This document shows positions 18,631-25,844 of a stretch of DNA of 25,844 bases, piece after piece. Source of the stretch: Promethearchaeia archaeon (GTDB lineage Archaea > Asgardarchaeota > Lokiarchaeia > Sigyniarchaeales > SOKP01); assembly GCA_046497275.1 (NCBI GenBank), contig JAWOFX010000172.1:1-25844 (forward strand), written 5' to 3'. Below the pieces are notes generated by a model, which was given only the letters and a program-made list of their open reading frames with translations, was not told where the DNA came from and made no database searches. Position 1 is the first letter of the stretch, and each line of letters starts with the position of its first letter. The position numbers and the translations under genes were made by a program.

Positions 18631-18810
18631 TTAGGAATTCTCTTCTTTTTTTACTTTTGCTAAATAAATTCTATAGGTTTGATCAGGATCAATTAATCCA
18701 TTTTCTATATAAACAGTAGGAATTGAGAAAATATACCGATCTCCCATCTTAGCGGGTTTTCTTTTAAAAGTTATACCCTTTTCCAAAAAATCTATTCCAT
18801 CATCAATCAT
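18631..18810 (-). CDS. Small AbrB-like (swapped-hairpin) putative transcription regulator, 59 aa, missing from the ORF track
   Basis: MIDDGIDFLEKGITFKRKPAKMGDRYIFSIPTVYIENGLIDPDQTYRIYLAKVKKEENS*; the K-M-G-x-R-x-x-x-x-I-P...L-D-P...Y pattern fits AbrB folds; AAGGAG upstream. Confidence 0.7.
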   Translation of the reverse strand: MIDDGIDFLEKGITFKRKPAKMGDRYIFSIPTVYIENGLIDPDQTYRIYLAKVKKEENS

Positions 18811-18861
18811 AGTTAATTGAATATTTCTCCTTTATTTGATAATTTCTAATATTCTTGATTA

Positions 18862-18954
18862 TATATCATAAGGTATACAAAAATTTATATATTCATATTT
18901 TTTTATTAAGATTATATAAGATCTTGTATATGTTTTGGTATATCTTCTCGTATA
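18862..18954. repeat. Two phased arrays of TATA cores with 12-bp period
   Basis: TATA at 18862, 18874 and 18886, and at 18915, 18927, 18939 and 18951 (the last three as GTATA). Confidence 0.45.
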
Positions 18955-18979
18955 GCAAAAAATAAAGTAGTTAAAGAAA

Positions 18980-20929
18980 ATGAATAGAAATAAAATGAAT
19001 AACTATTATGAAAAGGATAAGTTTAAAAACCCAAATACAGAAATTAGGAATGTCTTGTTGATTGATAGCTTTCTTCCAGAAGAAATTGAATTTATAAGAA
19101 ATAAATCAATTAATATTGATAATTTAAAAAGTAAATGGTCATGGTTATATGAAAATCCCTCTTATGCGGAAGATTTTTTTATTTTTGTTGTTTTACCTTA
19201 TTTTATTGCCAAACCTCAATTAAATAATTGGGAACTAAAAAAACTATGTCTAAGTCCGTTTAAGTATGCTTTAAAATCGTATAGAGATAAGTTTGATTCA
19301 AATTTTTATACTTTTGGTCAATTAAAAAGAAAGTATGGGAACTTTAACTTTTCAGATCTTTGTAGGCTAATAGGAGAAGATAAAGCAAAACAAAAAGTGA
19401 ACCATGCTAAAAAAAGAATAAAAGATATTTTAGGAAGTGATAGTCCCAAAATAAAAAAAATTAGAGTTTATCTAAGAGAATTGGATTGGGATAAAGATAT
19501 TGATTGGACAATATTTAAATTTATAAATAAGAACAGAACTGATATGATTATTCTGGAGCCAAAAAATACATGTAGCGAAGAGAATCCATTATACATGCAT
19601 AAGGAATGGTTAACTCGTATATATAGGGATGAGAATTTACATCTTAATGATCCTCAAATTGCCCAGATTTGCGGTGTAAATCATTCAGCTATTTATAAAT
19701 GGAGGAAGAGATTTGGAATCCAAACTAAGCCAGACGTTCAAATTAAGGAATTAAAAAGAAAAAATAGTGCTGGTTATGTTGAAAAATTTATGCCAATGGA
19801 GTACAATCATCCTAATATTAATAAAAAATATGGAGAAAGACAAAAAAGAAGAGAACATGTTGCCATTATGGAAAATTTTTTATCGAATATTTCTCAATCT
19901 GAGAGTTATATAAGATTCGGTTTATATCCAGATGAGATAAAGGAAAAGTACCTGCTTTCTGATCGCTATCTTAAGAAGGAATGCGTCGTACATCATATAA
20001 ATTTTATAAAATCTGATAATCGAATAAATAATTTATGGCCTTATGAAAATAATCAAAAGCATAATGAACTTATAGATAATCTGAATAAATGTTTTTCATT
20101 TCTAATAAAAGTAGGACAAATCTTTTTTGAAAATGGAAAATATTATCTTAATGAAAGATGTGATTATAGGAAAATCCCAAAAGAGAAATTAAAGGAATTA
20201 TTAAAATCTCATTATAAGCCAAATCCGTATAAAAATCTTAAGGATGTCAAAAACGCATTAATTGATAAAAACATAATAAATTGGGATGAAATTCTCGCTG
20301 ATCTTCAAGATTGGCGGATTGAGTATAAAGTCAATCAATATAAAAGTTTTATTATTGAACTTAATCCTTACAATTATCCTTCTGAAAATAATCCCTTATA
20401 TATGAAAAAAGAATGGTTAGAAACCGTTTACAACGACGAAAGATTCAATTTATCTGATTCTAGATTAGCGAAAATCTGCGGTGTCCCAAAAACTCGGATT
20501 ACAGATTGGAGAGGGAACTTTGGTATTGAAGGAGGATGGAAACGATGGCTCAGAATTATAAATGAGGGTTTCGTGTGGATTCTTGTGCCCGTGAATTATA
20601 ATCCTAATGCTTACAAAAGAGACGGAAGAATGTTAGAACATAGATATCTAATTGAGAGATATTTATCTAGATGTTGTAGTGAAGAAATAAAAAGTAAATA
20701 TTTAGAGGATGGAAAATATTTAAAAAATGGTATTATTGTCCACCATATTAATTTTGACACACTAGATAATCGATTAAAAAATTTATGGATTTTTAAATCG
20801 AGAAGTGATCATTTAAGTTGTCATCATTCACTATATAAATTGATAGATAAACTTTTAAAAAAAAATTTCTTAATTTTCAGAAAAGGGAGATATCTTATTA
20901 ATTATCGTAAAAAAAAATACCATAAATGA
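18980..20929 (+). CDS. Endonuclease with two tandem HTH + HNH modules (phage/homing HNH_3-like)
   Basis: Repeats ENPLYMHKEWL..IAQICGV..KWRKRFGI / NNPLYMKKEWL..LAKICGV..DWRGNFGI, and VHHINFIKSDNRINNL / VHHINFDTLDNRLKNL (HH codons at 19991 and 20741). Confidence 0.85.
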   Translation: MNRNKMNNYYEKDKFKNPNTEIRNVLLIDSFLPEEIEFIRNKSINIDNLKSKWSWLYENPSYAEDFFIFVVLPYFIAKPQLNNWELKKLCLSPFKYALKSYRDKFDSNFYTFGQLKRKYGNFNFSDLCRLIGEDKAKQKVNHAKKRIKDILGSDSPKIKKIRVYLRELDWDKDIDWTIFKFINKNRTDMIILEPKNTCSEENPLYMHKEWLTRIYRDENLHLNDPQIAQICGVNHSAIYKWRKRFGIQTKPDVQIKELKRKNSAGYVEKFMPMEYNHPNINKKYGERQKRREHVAIMENFLSNISQSESYIRFGLYPDEIKEKYLLSDRYLKKECVVHHINFIKSDNRINNLWPYENNQKHNELIDNLNKCFSFLIKVGQIFFENGKYYLNERCDYRKIPKEKLKELLKSHYKPNPYKNLKDVKNALIDKNIINWDEILADLQDWRIEYKVNQYKSFIIELNPYNYPSENNPLYMKKEWLETVYNDERFNLSDSRLAKICGVPKTRITDWRGNFGIEGGWKRWLRIINEGFVWILVPVNYNPNAYKRDGRMLEHRYLIERYLSRCCSEEIKSKYLEDGKYLKNGIIVHHINFDTLDNRLKNLWIFKSRSDHLSCHHSLYKLIDKLLKKNFLIFRKGRYLINYRKKKYHK

Positions 20930-21062
20930 GAAGAAGCTTCATTTATAAAATAACCAATACTAAGCGCGATTTCTTCCCTAAATTATTGATTCAAATAAAA
21001 AATATCATTATACCTACAATGATCTAGGAATTTCTGGAATAAGTAATATTAAATAATGAATT

Positions 21063-21845
21063 TTATTTATTCATAAAAGATATTAATTCAGTGCCTATCT
21101 CTCTCAATTCTTCAATCCATTCATTTAATTGATCCGAATTTACATCTCTTTTACCATGAACTAAGTAATTTCTTATCTGATAAAATTTTAGGATTTTCTC
21201 TGCGAATTCGGAGGATATCTTTTTATTTTCCTCCAGTAAAGGGATTATTTTCAAGATAGTATAAGGTTTATTTATTTTTGGTATTAAACTCTCCGTTAAA
21301 GTAAAATTTCTTAGATTAGTTCGAATTTCATTCCAAATGTCTAAAAATAATTTTATTTGTTCTTCTTTTTCATTCATTTCTATTTCTCCTAATATTTTTT
21401 CATCTTTAATTCCAAATAATTCTTTTATAATATTCTTCGCTAATTCTAAATAGATAGGAACTACCTCCTTTTTTGGTATTATACCTATAGGTTCATGATA
21501 TAGACTATTTCTTAAATTATGGTAAAACTCAATCGCATCAAGATCGCTTTCTGGGATATTTTTAGGAGAATATCTCAACAATACGTCTAATAAAACAGGG
21601 AAAGATCTTTTAGCATTTTTGAACTCTTTTCTATTAATTCCTAAGGACCTTCTATTAATCATCAGATATGTTTTTAACGCAATTTCAATAGCATTATCAA
21701 TACTGATTAAAGCTATTCTTAAATCAAAATCTTCTCCTTTTTTAAAATGATCACTTGCATGTCTTAAAAGTTCCGAAAATCCTTCGATCCAAGTTTCAGA
21801 AGTGATTAAAATCACATTTTTTTGATTTATTTTAATATTAATCAT
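21063..21845 (-). CDS. Tandem HEPN-domain protein (putative RNase toxin)
   Basis: Two Rx4H motifs, RNSLYH (21495-21512) and RNYLVH (21156-21173); DNAIEIALK helix of the first HEPN; start may be GTG 21815. Confidence 0.72.
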   Translation of the reverse strand: MINIKINQKNVILITSETWIEGFSELLRHASDHFKKGEDFDLRIALISIDNAIEIALKTYLMINRRSLGINRKEFKNAKRSFPVLLDVLLRYSPKNIPESDLDAIEFYHNLRNSLYHEPIGIIPKKEVVPIYLELAKNIIKELFGIKDEKILGEIEMNEKEEQIKLFLDIWNEIRTNLRNFTLTESLIPKINKPYTILKIIPLLEENKKISSEFAEKILKFYQIRNYLVHGKRDVNSDQLNEWIEELREIGTELISFMNK

Positions 21846-21982
21846 TAAATGCTAATTAATTATAAGTTCTATCTTCATCAAAATAAGAAAAGAGGATTTT
21901 TTGTAAATTGATCTAAAGAGCTAATCCTATATAAGGAAATTTTTAATAAAATAGTCTAAACTATGTCTTTTTCTTGAAAAAT

Positions 21983-22747
21983 TCAAATTAAAATATCCTC
22001 TCCAGCCCAATAAAATTTAAATTCTCTAGGTGTTAGTATAGCAATTTTTACATTACCTCCACATTGAGGAAATCTCGCTTGAAATTTTTCAAAACCAATG
22101 ACAGTATTAATAATATATTCAGTGAATTCTACTCCATCTTTTAAGGAAAAAAATTGAAATGATATATCTGACTTGGGTAAACTTTTAGATGGATCAGAAA
22201 TCTTCAATAATTTTGAAATGATCCAAGAACCCTCTCCTGCCCAGCTGAAGCCACAATCCTCATTTTTTAAAATTTTTCTAATTTGCTTCTTTTGAATGAT
22301 CAATTTTTCAGTTTTATCCAATAGAAAAAGAATCTGATACACTTCAGGTATATATCTTTTCTCTCTTAATGAAAATCCCGTTAAGAAGAACCCAAGTCCC
22401 TTTAATCGGGATTTATCATATTTTTTGAAATAATCTATAATTAGATCAGCATAATTTTCAAGCATATTCATATTTTCTGATTCTTTTTCTAAAATCTCTC
22501 TTAAGTTAAAAATATGATTGCTTAAAGGTCGACCACCGGGATTTGCTATTCCAAATTGAGAAACGGCTATCTTTAGATTTGAATTTTCTGTTGACAAATT
22601 AAAAATTTTTTGAGCATTTCTAAAAAAATTTACTGGAATTATTTCCTTTTTTTTATCATTCTTTTTAATTATTTTTGACAGTGTTGTTTGAGTATCAGAA
22701 CCTAATATAAATCCCTCTGGAATACCTAATATTGTAATTATTGTCAT
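21983..22747 (-). CDS. Proteasome-beta/HslV-like Ntn hydrolase
   Basis: Starts M-T (Thr1 after Met removal); ILGSDTQTT matches AxDxRxT; AQKIF matches the Lys33 strand; C-terminal CGGNVKIAILT matches SGGxIxIAxIT. Confidence 0.7.
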   Translation of the reverse strand: MTIITILGIPEGFILGSDTQTTLSKIIKKNDKKKEIIPVNFFRNAQKIFNLSTENSNLKIAVSQFGIANPGGRPLSNHIFNLREILEKESENMNMLENYADLIIDYFKKYDKSRLKGLGFFLTGFSLREKRYIPEVYQILFLLDKTEKLIIQKKQIRKILKNEDCGFSWAGEGSWIISKLLKISDPSKSLPKSDISFQFFSLKDGVEFTEYIINTVIGFEKFQARFPQCGGNVKIAILTPREFKFYWAGEDILI

Positions 22748-22947
22748 TTTTTTAATTTTTTTTAATTCTGATCATATGAATTTTATTTATACTTCAAAAT
22801 ATATCGATTTAATTTATATTTGCCTAGACAGAGAAGATTTTCTGTGAAAAAAAAAATTGTTCATTAACCTATTTTTTTAGCTTAAAAAATAAATATTTCT
22901 TTAATTTACTTTATTTTATCTTTACAATAAATATTTAATTAGAAAAT

Positions 22948-24009
22948 ATGCTTGATATTTCGAAATATACTAATAGTCCACTTAAATATATCCCAGAGGA
23001 TTATTGTCCTAAGTCAGATATGCATTTTTTTGAAATAAAAAAGGGATTTGATAAAGGAAAGAAATTATTTTATCGTAACTCAAAAATATTGGGAAATAAT
23101 CCTGATAACTGTATCGTATTTGTGCATGGTAATCCTGAATGTTCTTATACATATCGGGATATTATCAAACATATCATTAAAAATACTAAAAAAGCTTGTC
23201 AGATAATATCAATGGATCATATTGGATTTGGACTCTCTGATCAAGCTTCACATGAAATGGTATGCATGGATCACGCAGAAAATCTATTACAACTTATTAG
23301 AAAGCTTGATCTTCAAAATATTACTTTAATAGTGCACGATTGGGGAGGTCCAATTGGAATAGGGGCGTTTCTCCAAGATCCAAAACGGGTATCAAATTTA
23401 GTTATTCTTAATACTACAGTTTTTCCTATTCCTAAAATCGGGATGACGTTTCAAAATTATCCAATCTCTTGGTTGGGTTGGTGTTATACTCCTTATATAA
23501 TTCCAGATAAGTTTTGGGGAGATTTTGCAGCGTATGCAATCTTTACAAATCCACGTAAACCGATATCACTTCTCTCAAACATGATCAAAAATATCATCTT
23601 AATGGAGTTTGGTATATTTCAAAAACCAAATAGAATCGCTCAAAGTGTGTTTAAACAACAATTCCAATCAAAACTTAATGTGAAAAGTTCAAAGAGATTA
23701 GTTATGCAAACAAAAAGATGGGGATATGGAAATATATATAAAGATAAAGTATTGGGAAAAAGATCAACAAAACAATTTTATGAATTCATACAAAATAATA
23801 TAAAATCCTCATGGGGTTCGAATGAATCGACTATCGGAGTTAAAGCAATATTAGGGAGATGGGATCCTCTAGCTCAAAATGAGGTTATTAAACAATGGAT
23901 AGGTCATTTGCCTCAATTAAAAGGAAATGTTCGAATTTTCAAAGATATAGGGCATTTTATAGAAGAGAATAAAAGCGAAGCTATTGCTGAAGAAATTTTG
24001 GGTTTGTAA
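22948..24009 (+). CDS. Alpha/beta hydrolase, haloalkane dehalogenase-like
   Basis: FVHGNPECSYTYR, MDHIGFGLSD, nucleophile elbow VHDWGGPIG (Asp), GHFIEE catalytic His. Confidence 0.88.
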   Translation: MLDISKYTNSPLKYIPEDYCPKSDMHFFEIKKGFDKGKKLFYRNSKILGNNPDNCIVFVHGNPECSYTYRDIIKHIIKNTKKACQIISMDHIGFGLSDQASHEMVCMDHAENLLQLIRKLDLQNITLIVHDWGGPIGIGAFLQDPKRVSNLVILNTTVFPIPKIGMTFQNYPISWLGWCYTPYIIPDKFWGDFAAYAIFTNPRKPISLLSNMIKNIILMEFGIFQKPNRIAQSVFKQQFQSKLNVKSSKRLVMQTKRWGYGNIYKDKVLGKRSTKQFYEFIQNNIKSSWGSNESTIGVKAILGRWDPLAQNEVIKQWIGHLPQLKGNVRIFKDIGHFIEENKSEAIAEEILGL

Positions 24010-24075
24010 ATTTATTTAATTAAGATAAGATAGCAAAAAAATATTTAAATTTTAAAGATATATTTGCTTTTAAGC

Positions 24076-25578
24076 ATGGTTCTAGATCCGAGAATAATTG
24101 TACAGGAGTATCGAGAAAACAAATTAGATAAAATATCTGCAATCCAACGTTTGATAACTATTATCAACAATTCGTCTGATTTCAAAAAACGAATCGAGGG
24201 AATTCATAGTTTAGAAAAAATTGGTATAGAAGGGGACCTTCTATTTCCATTTCTTGAAAATCTAATGATTTCTGAATCCAATGAAAAAATTAGGATTCTA
24301 ACCACTGAATTAATGGGAAAATATTTCACAAAAAGAGCATTTGAACCTTTATGCTGGGCTTACAGACATGAAGAATCATTAAGCTGTATCTTATCAATAT
24401 TATCAACTTTGGGTAAGATTAAGGATCATTTAGTAAAGCATTATCTCATTAAAGAGCTGAAAAATACAGAAGTTTTTGAATATCGAAATTCCATCCTTAG
24501 ATTAATGAAAAAAAATGAGTTAGAGGACTATCAAAATAAGAAATTATCTCTAATGCTTATTAATTATCATATTATCAAATTTTTTATTGAAAAATTCAAA
24601 CGGATAACCTATAAAATAGAAAAGGGATATATTACTGAATTAGACTTTTCCTGTATTGGACATAATATTTTTAATTGGAATATAATTAAGGAAGTTCCTG
24701 ATTTTATCGGATTTCTTAACCATCTTTCTAAATTAGACTTAAAGATTAACAAGATAAAAAAAGTGCCAAAATCAATTGGAAAACTTAATTTACTTAATGA
24801 CTTGGATCTAAGCAATAATCAAATACAAATATTACCAGAAGCAATATCTTTAATGAAGTCTTTAAGAAAATTAAATTTAAGGCATAATGATCTAAAACAT
24901 TTACCAGACTCTTTTGGAAATCTAAAAAATTTAGAGATTCTAGATTTGAGTCATAATAAGTTAGATAAATTACCTCAAAGTTTTAGAAATTTAGAGAAGC
25001 TTGAATACCTCAAATTATATGGAAATAACTTCGAAACTACCCCTTCAGAATTGAAACAGTTGGGATCTCTAAATTATTTAGAATTAGGGTTGAACGAAAT
25101 AAACTCAATAGACAAAAATTTAATTAAAATAAAAAGTCTTGAAAAGTTGGGCTTGGGAGGAAACAATATAGATGTAAATTCGCTCCGTAAATTAAAATCT
25201 CTTAAATATTTACAAATACTTGATCTATATGATAATAAAATTGAACAATTACCATACTCATTTGGAGATATATTCCAAATCAGTCAACTCTCCCTTCATA
25301 ATAATCAATTAAAAGAATTACCAAAATCATTTTCAAAATTAGAATATTTAGAATATTTAGATTTAAGTTGGAATAATTTCGAACAAATGCCTGATGAATT
25401 ATTTAAGCTATCTTCTCTAAGAAATATTAATCTATGTGGAAATAAAATTCAGTTAATTCCAAAAGAAATAATAAACCAAGAAAATTTAACACATCTGGAT
25501 TTCACTTATAATCAAATTCAAGAAATACCCCAATTTATGATTAAAATGAAGAAGTCTGGAATTAATATTAAACTATGA
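24076..25578 (+). CDS. HEAT-like repeat + leucine-rich repeat protein
   Basis: N-terminal RIEGIHSL / IRILTTELMG HEAT-like helices, then about 12 LxxLxLxxNxIxxLPxxxxxL repeats; ATG at 24076. Confidence 0.88.
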   Translation: MVLDPRIIVQEYRENKLDKISAIQRLITIINNSSDFKKRIEGIHSLEKIGIEGDLLFPFLENLMISESNEKIRILTTELMGKYFTKRAFEPLCWAYRHEESLSCILSILSTLGKIKDHLVKHYLIKELKNTEVFEYRNSILRLMKKNELEDYQNKKLSLMLINYHIIKFFIEKFKRITYKIEKGYITELDFSCIGHNIFNWNIIKEVPDFIGFLNHLSKLDLKINKIKKVPKSIGKLNLLNDLDLSNNQIQILPEAISLMKSLRKLNLRHNDLKHLPDSFGNLKNLEILDLSHNKLDKLPQSFRNLEKLEYLKLYGNNFETTPSELKQLGSLNYLELGLNEINSIDKNLIKIKSLEKLGLGGNNIDVNSLRKLKSLKYLQILDLYDNKIEQLPYSFGDIFQISQLSLHNNQLKELPKSFSKLEYLEYLDLSWNNFEQMPDELFKLSSLRNINLCGNKIQLIPKEIINQENLTHLDFTYNQIQEIPQFMIKMKKSGINIKL

Positions 25579-25613
25579 ATAGTTTAAAATTAATAAAAAA
25601 TTAATAATAAGAA

Positions 25614-25844
25614 TCAAGAATAATAAGAATAACTATTCTTATCGAAACCTTTTACATATTCGATTTCAATTCCATCAGGTTTTCTCTGAGGAGGAGCATA
25701 TACAAGATCCAAATTAGGAAAATATGCTCCAATGCCATTTTTTGCAAATATCAAAGCGGGATGGTCGCTATTATCAAAAACATGTTCACTTACTTTTAAT
25801 GTAGCTTCTCGACACATTGTTTCATCTAATATTCCTAACGAATG
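25614..25844 (-). CDS. 3' end of a gene truncated by the window edge, product unknown
   Basis: Frame is open to the edge: HSLGILDETMCREATLKVSEHVFDNSDHPALIFAKNGIGAYFPNLDLVYAPP...YYS*. Confidence 0.6.
   Translation of the reverse strand, partial: HSLGILDETMCREATLKVSEHVFDNSDHPALIFAKNGIGAYFPNLDLVYAPPQRKPDGIEIEYVKGFDKNSYSYYS

Noticed and set aside
24609-24815. 68-aa minus-strand ORF
   Set aside because: Antisense shadow of the LRR gene
25603-25630. 12-bp direct repeat AATAATAAGAAT x2
   Set aside because: Low-complexity and only two copies; not a CRISPR array or recognisable element end
1-25844. CRISPR array, rRNA, transposase or integrase
   Set aside because: No regularly spaced repeats with unique spacers, no rRNA-like segment, and no DDE, tyrosine or serine recombinase motifs were seen

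Overview
Very AT-rich archaeal DNA, most consistent with an Asgard archaeon (Lokiarchaeia-like). This is inferred from the PAS/MASE3 kinases with an HDINN H-box, the wHTH-V4R regulator, the HEAT+LRR protein and a tRNA without encoded CCA. The left half (1-14.7 kb) is core or metabolic: two histidine kinases, a response regulator, argG-dapA-dapB, tRNA-Pro(UGG), an FwdF-like polyferredoxin, V4R-type proteins and a cobalamin-dependent radical SAM enzyme. From about 15.1 to 22.9 kb there is an accessory/defence-like island, bracketed by a deleted pseudogene copy and an intact copy of the same haloalkane-dehalogenase-like alpha/beta hydrolase. The island carries four modules: (i) an unusual restriction-modification-like cassette of two amino-methyltransferases, a LAGLIDADG-fold protein lacking the usual catalytic acids, and a small stand-alone PD-(D/E)XK nuclease; (ii) an unannotated AbrB-like 59-aa gene divergent from a protein with two tandem HTH-HNH modules; (iii) a tandem-HEPN protein; and (iv) a proteasome-beta-like Ntn hydrolase. 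All family assignments are by motif recognition by eye; no searches were run.
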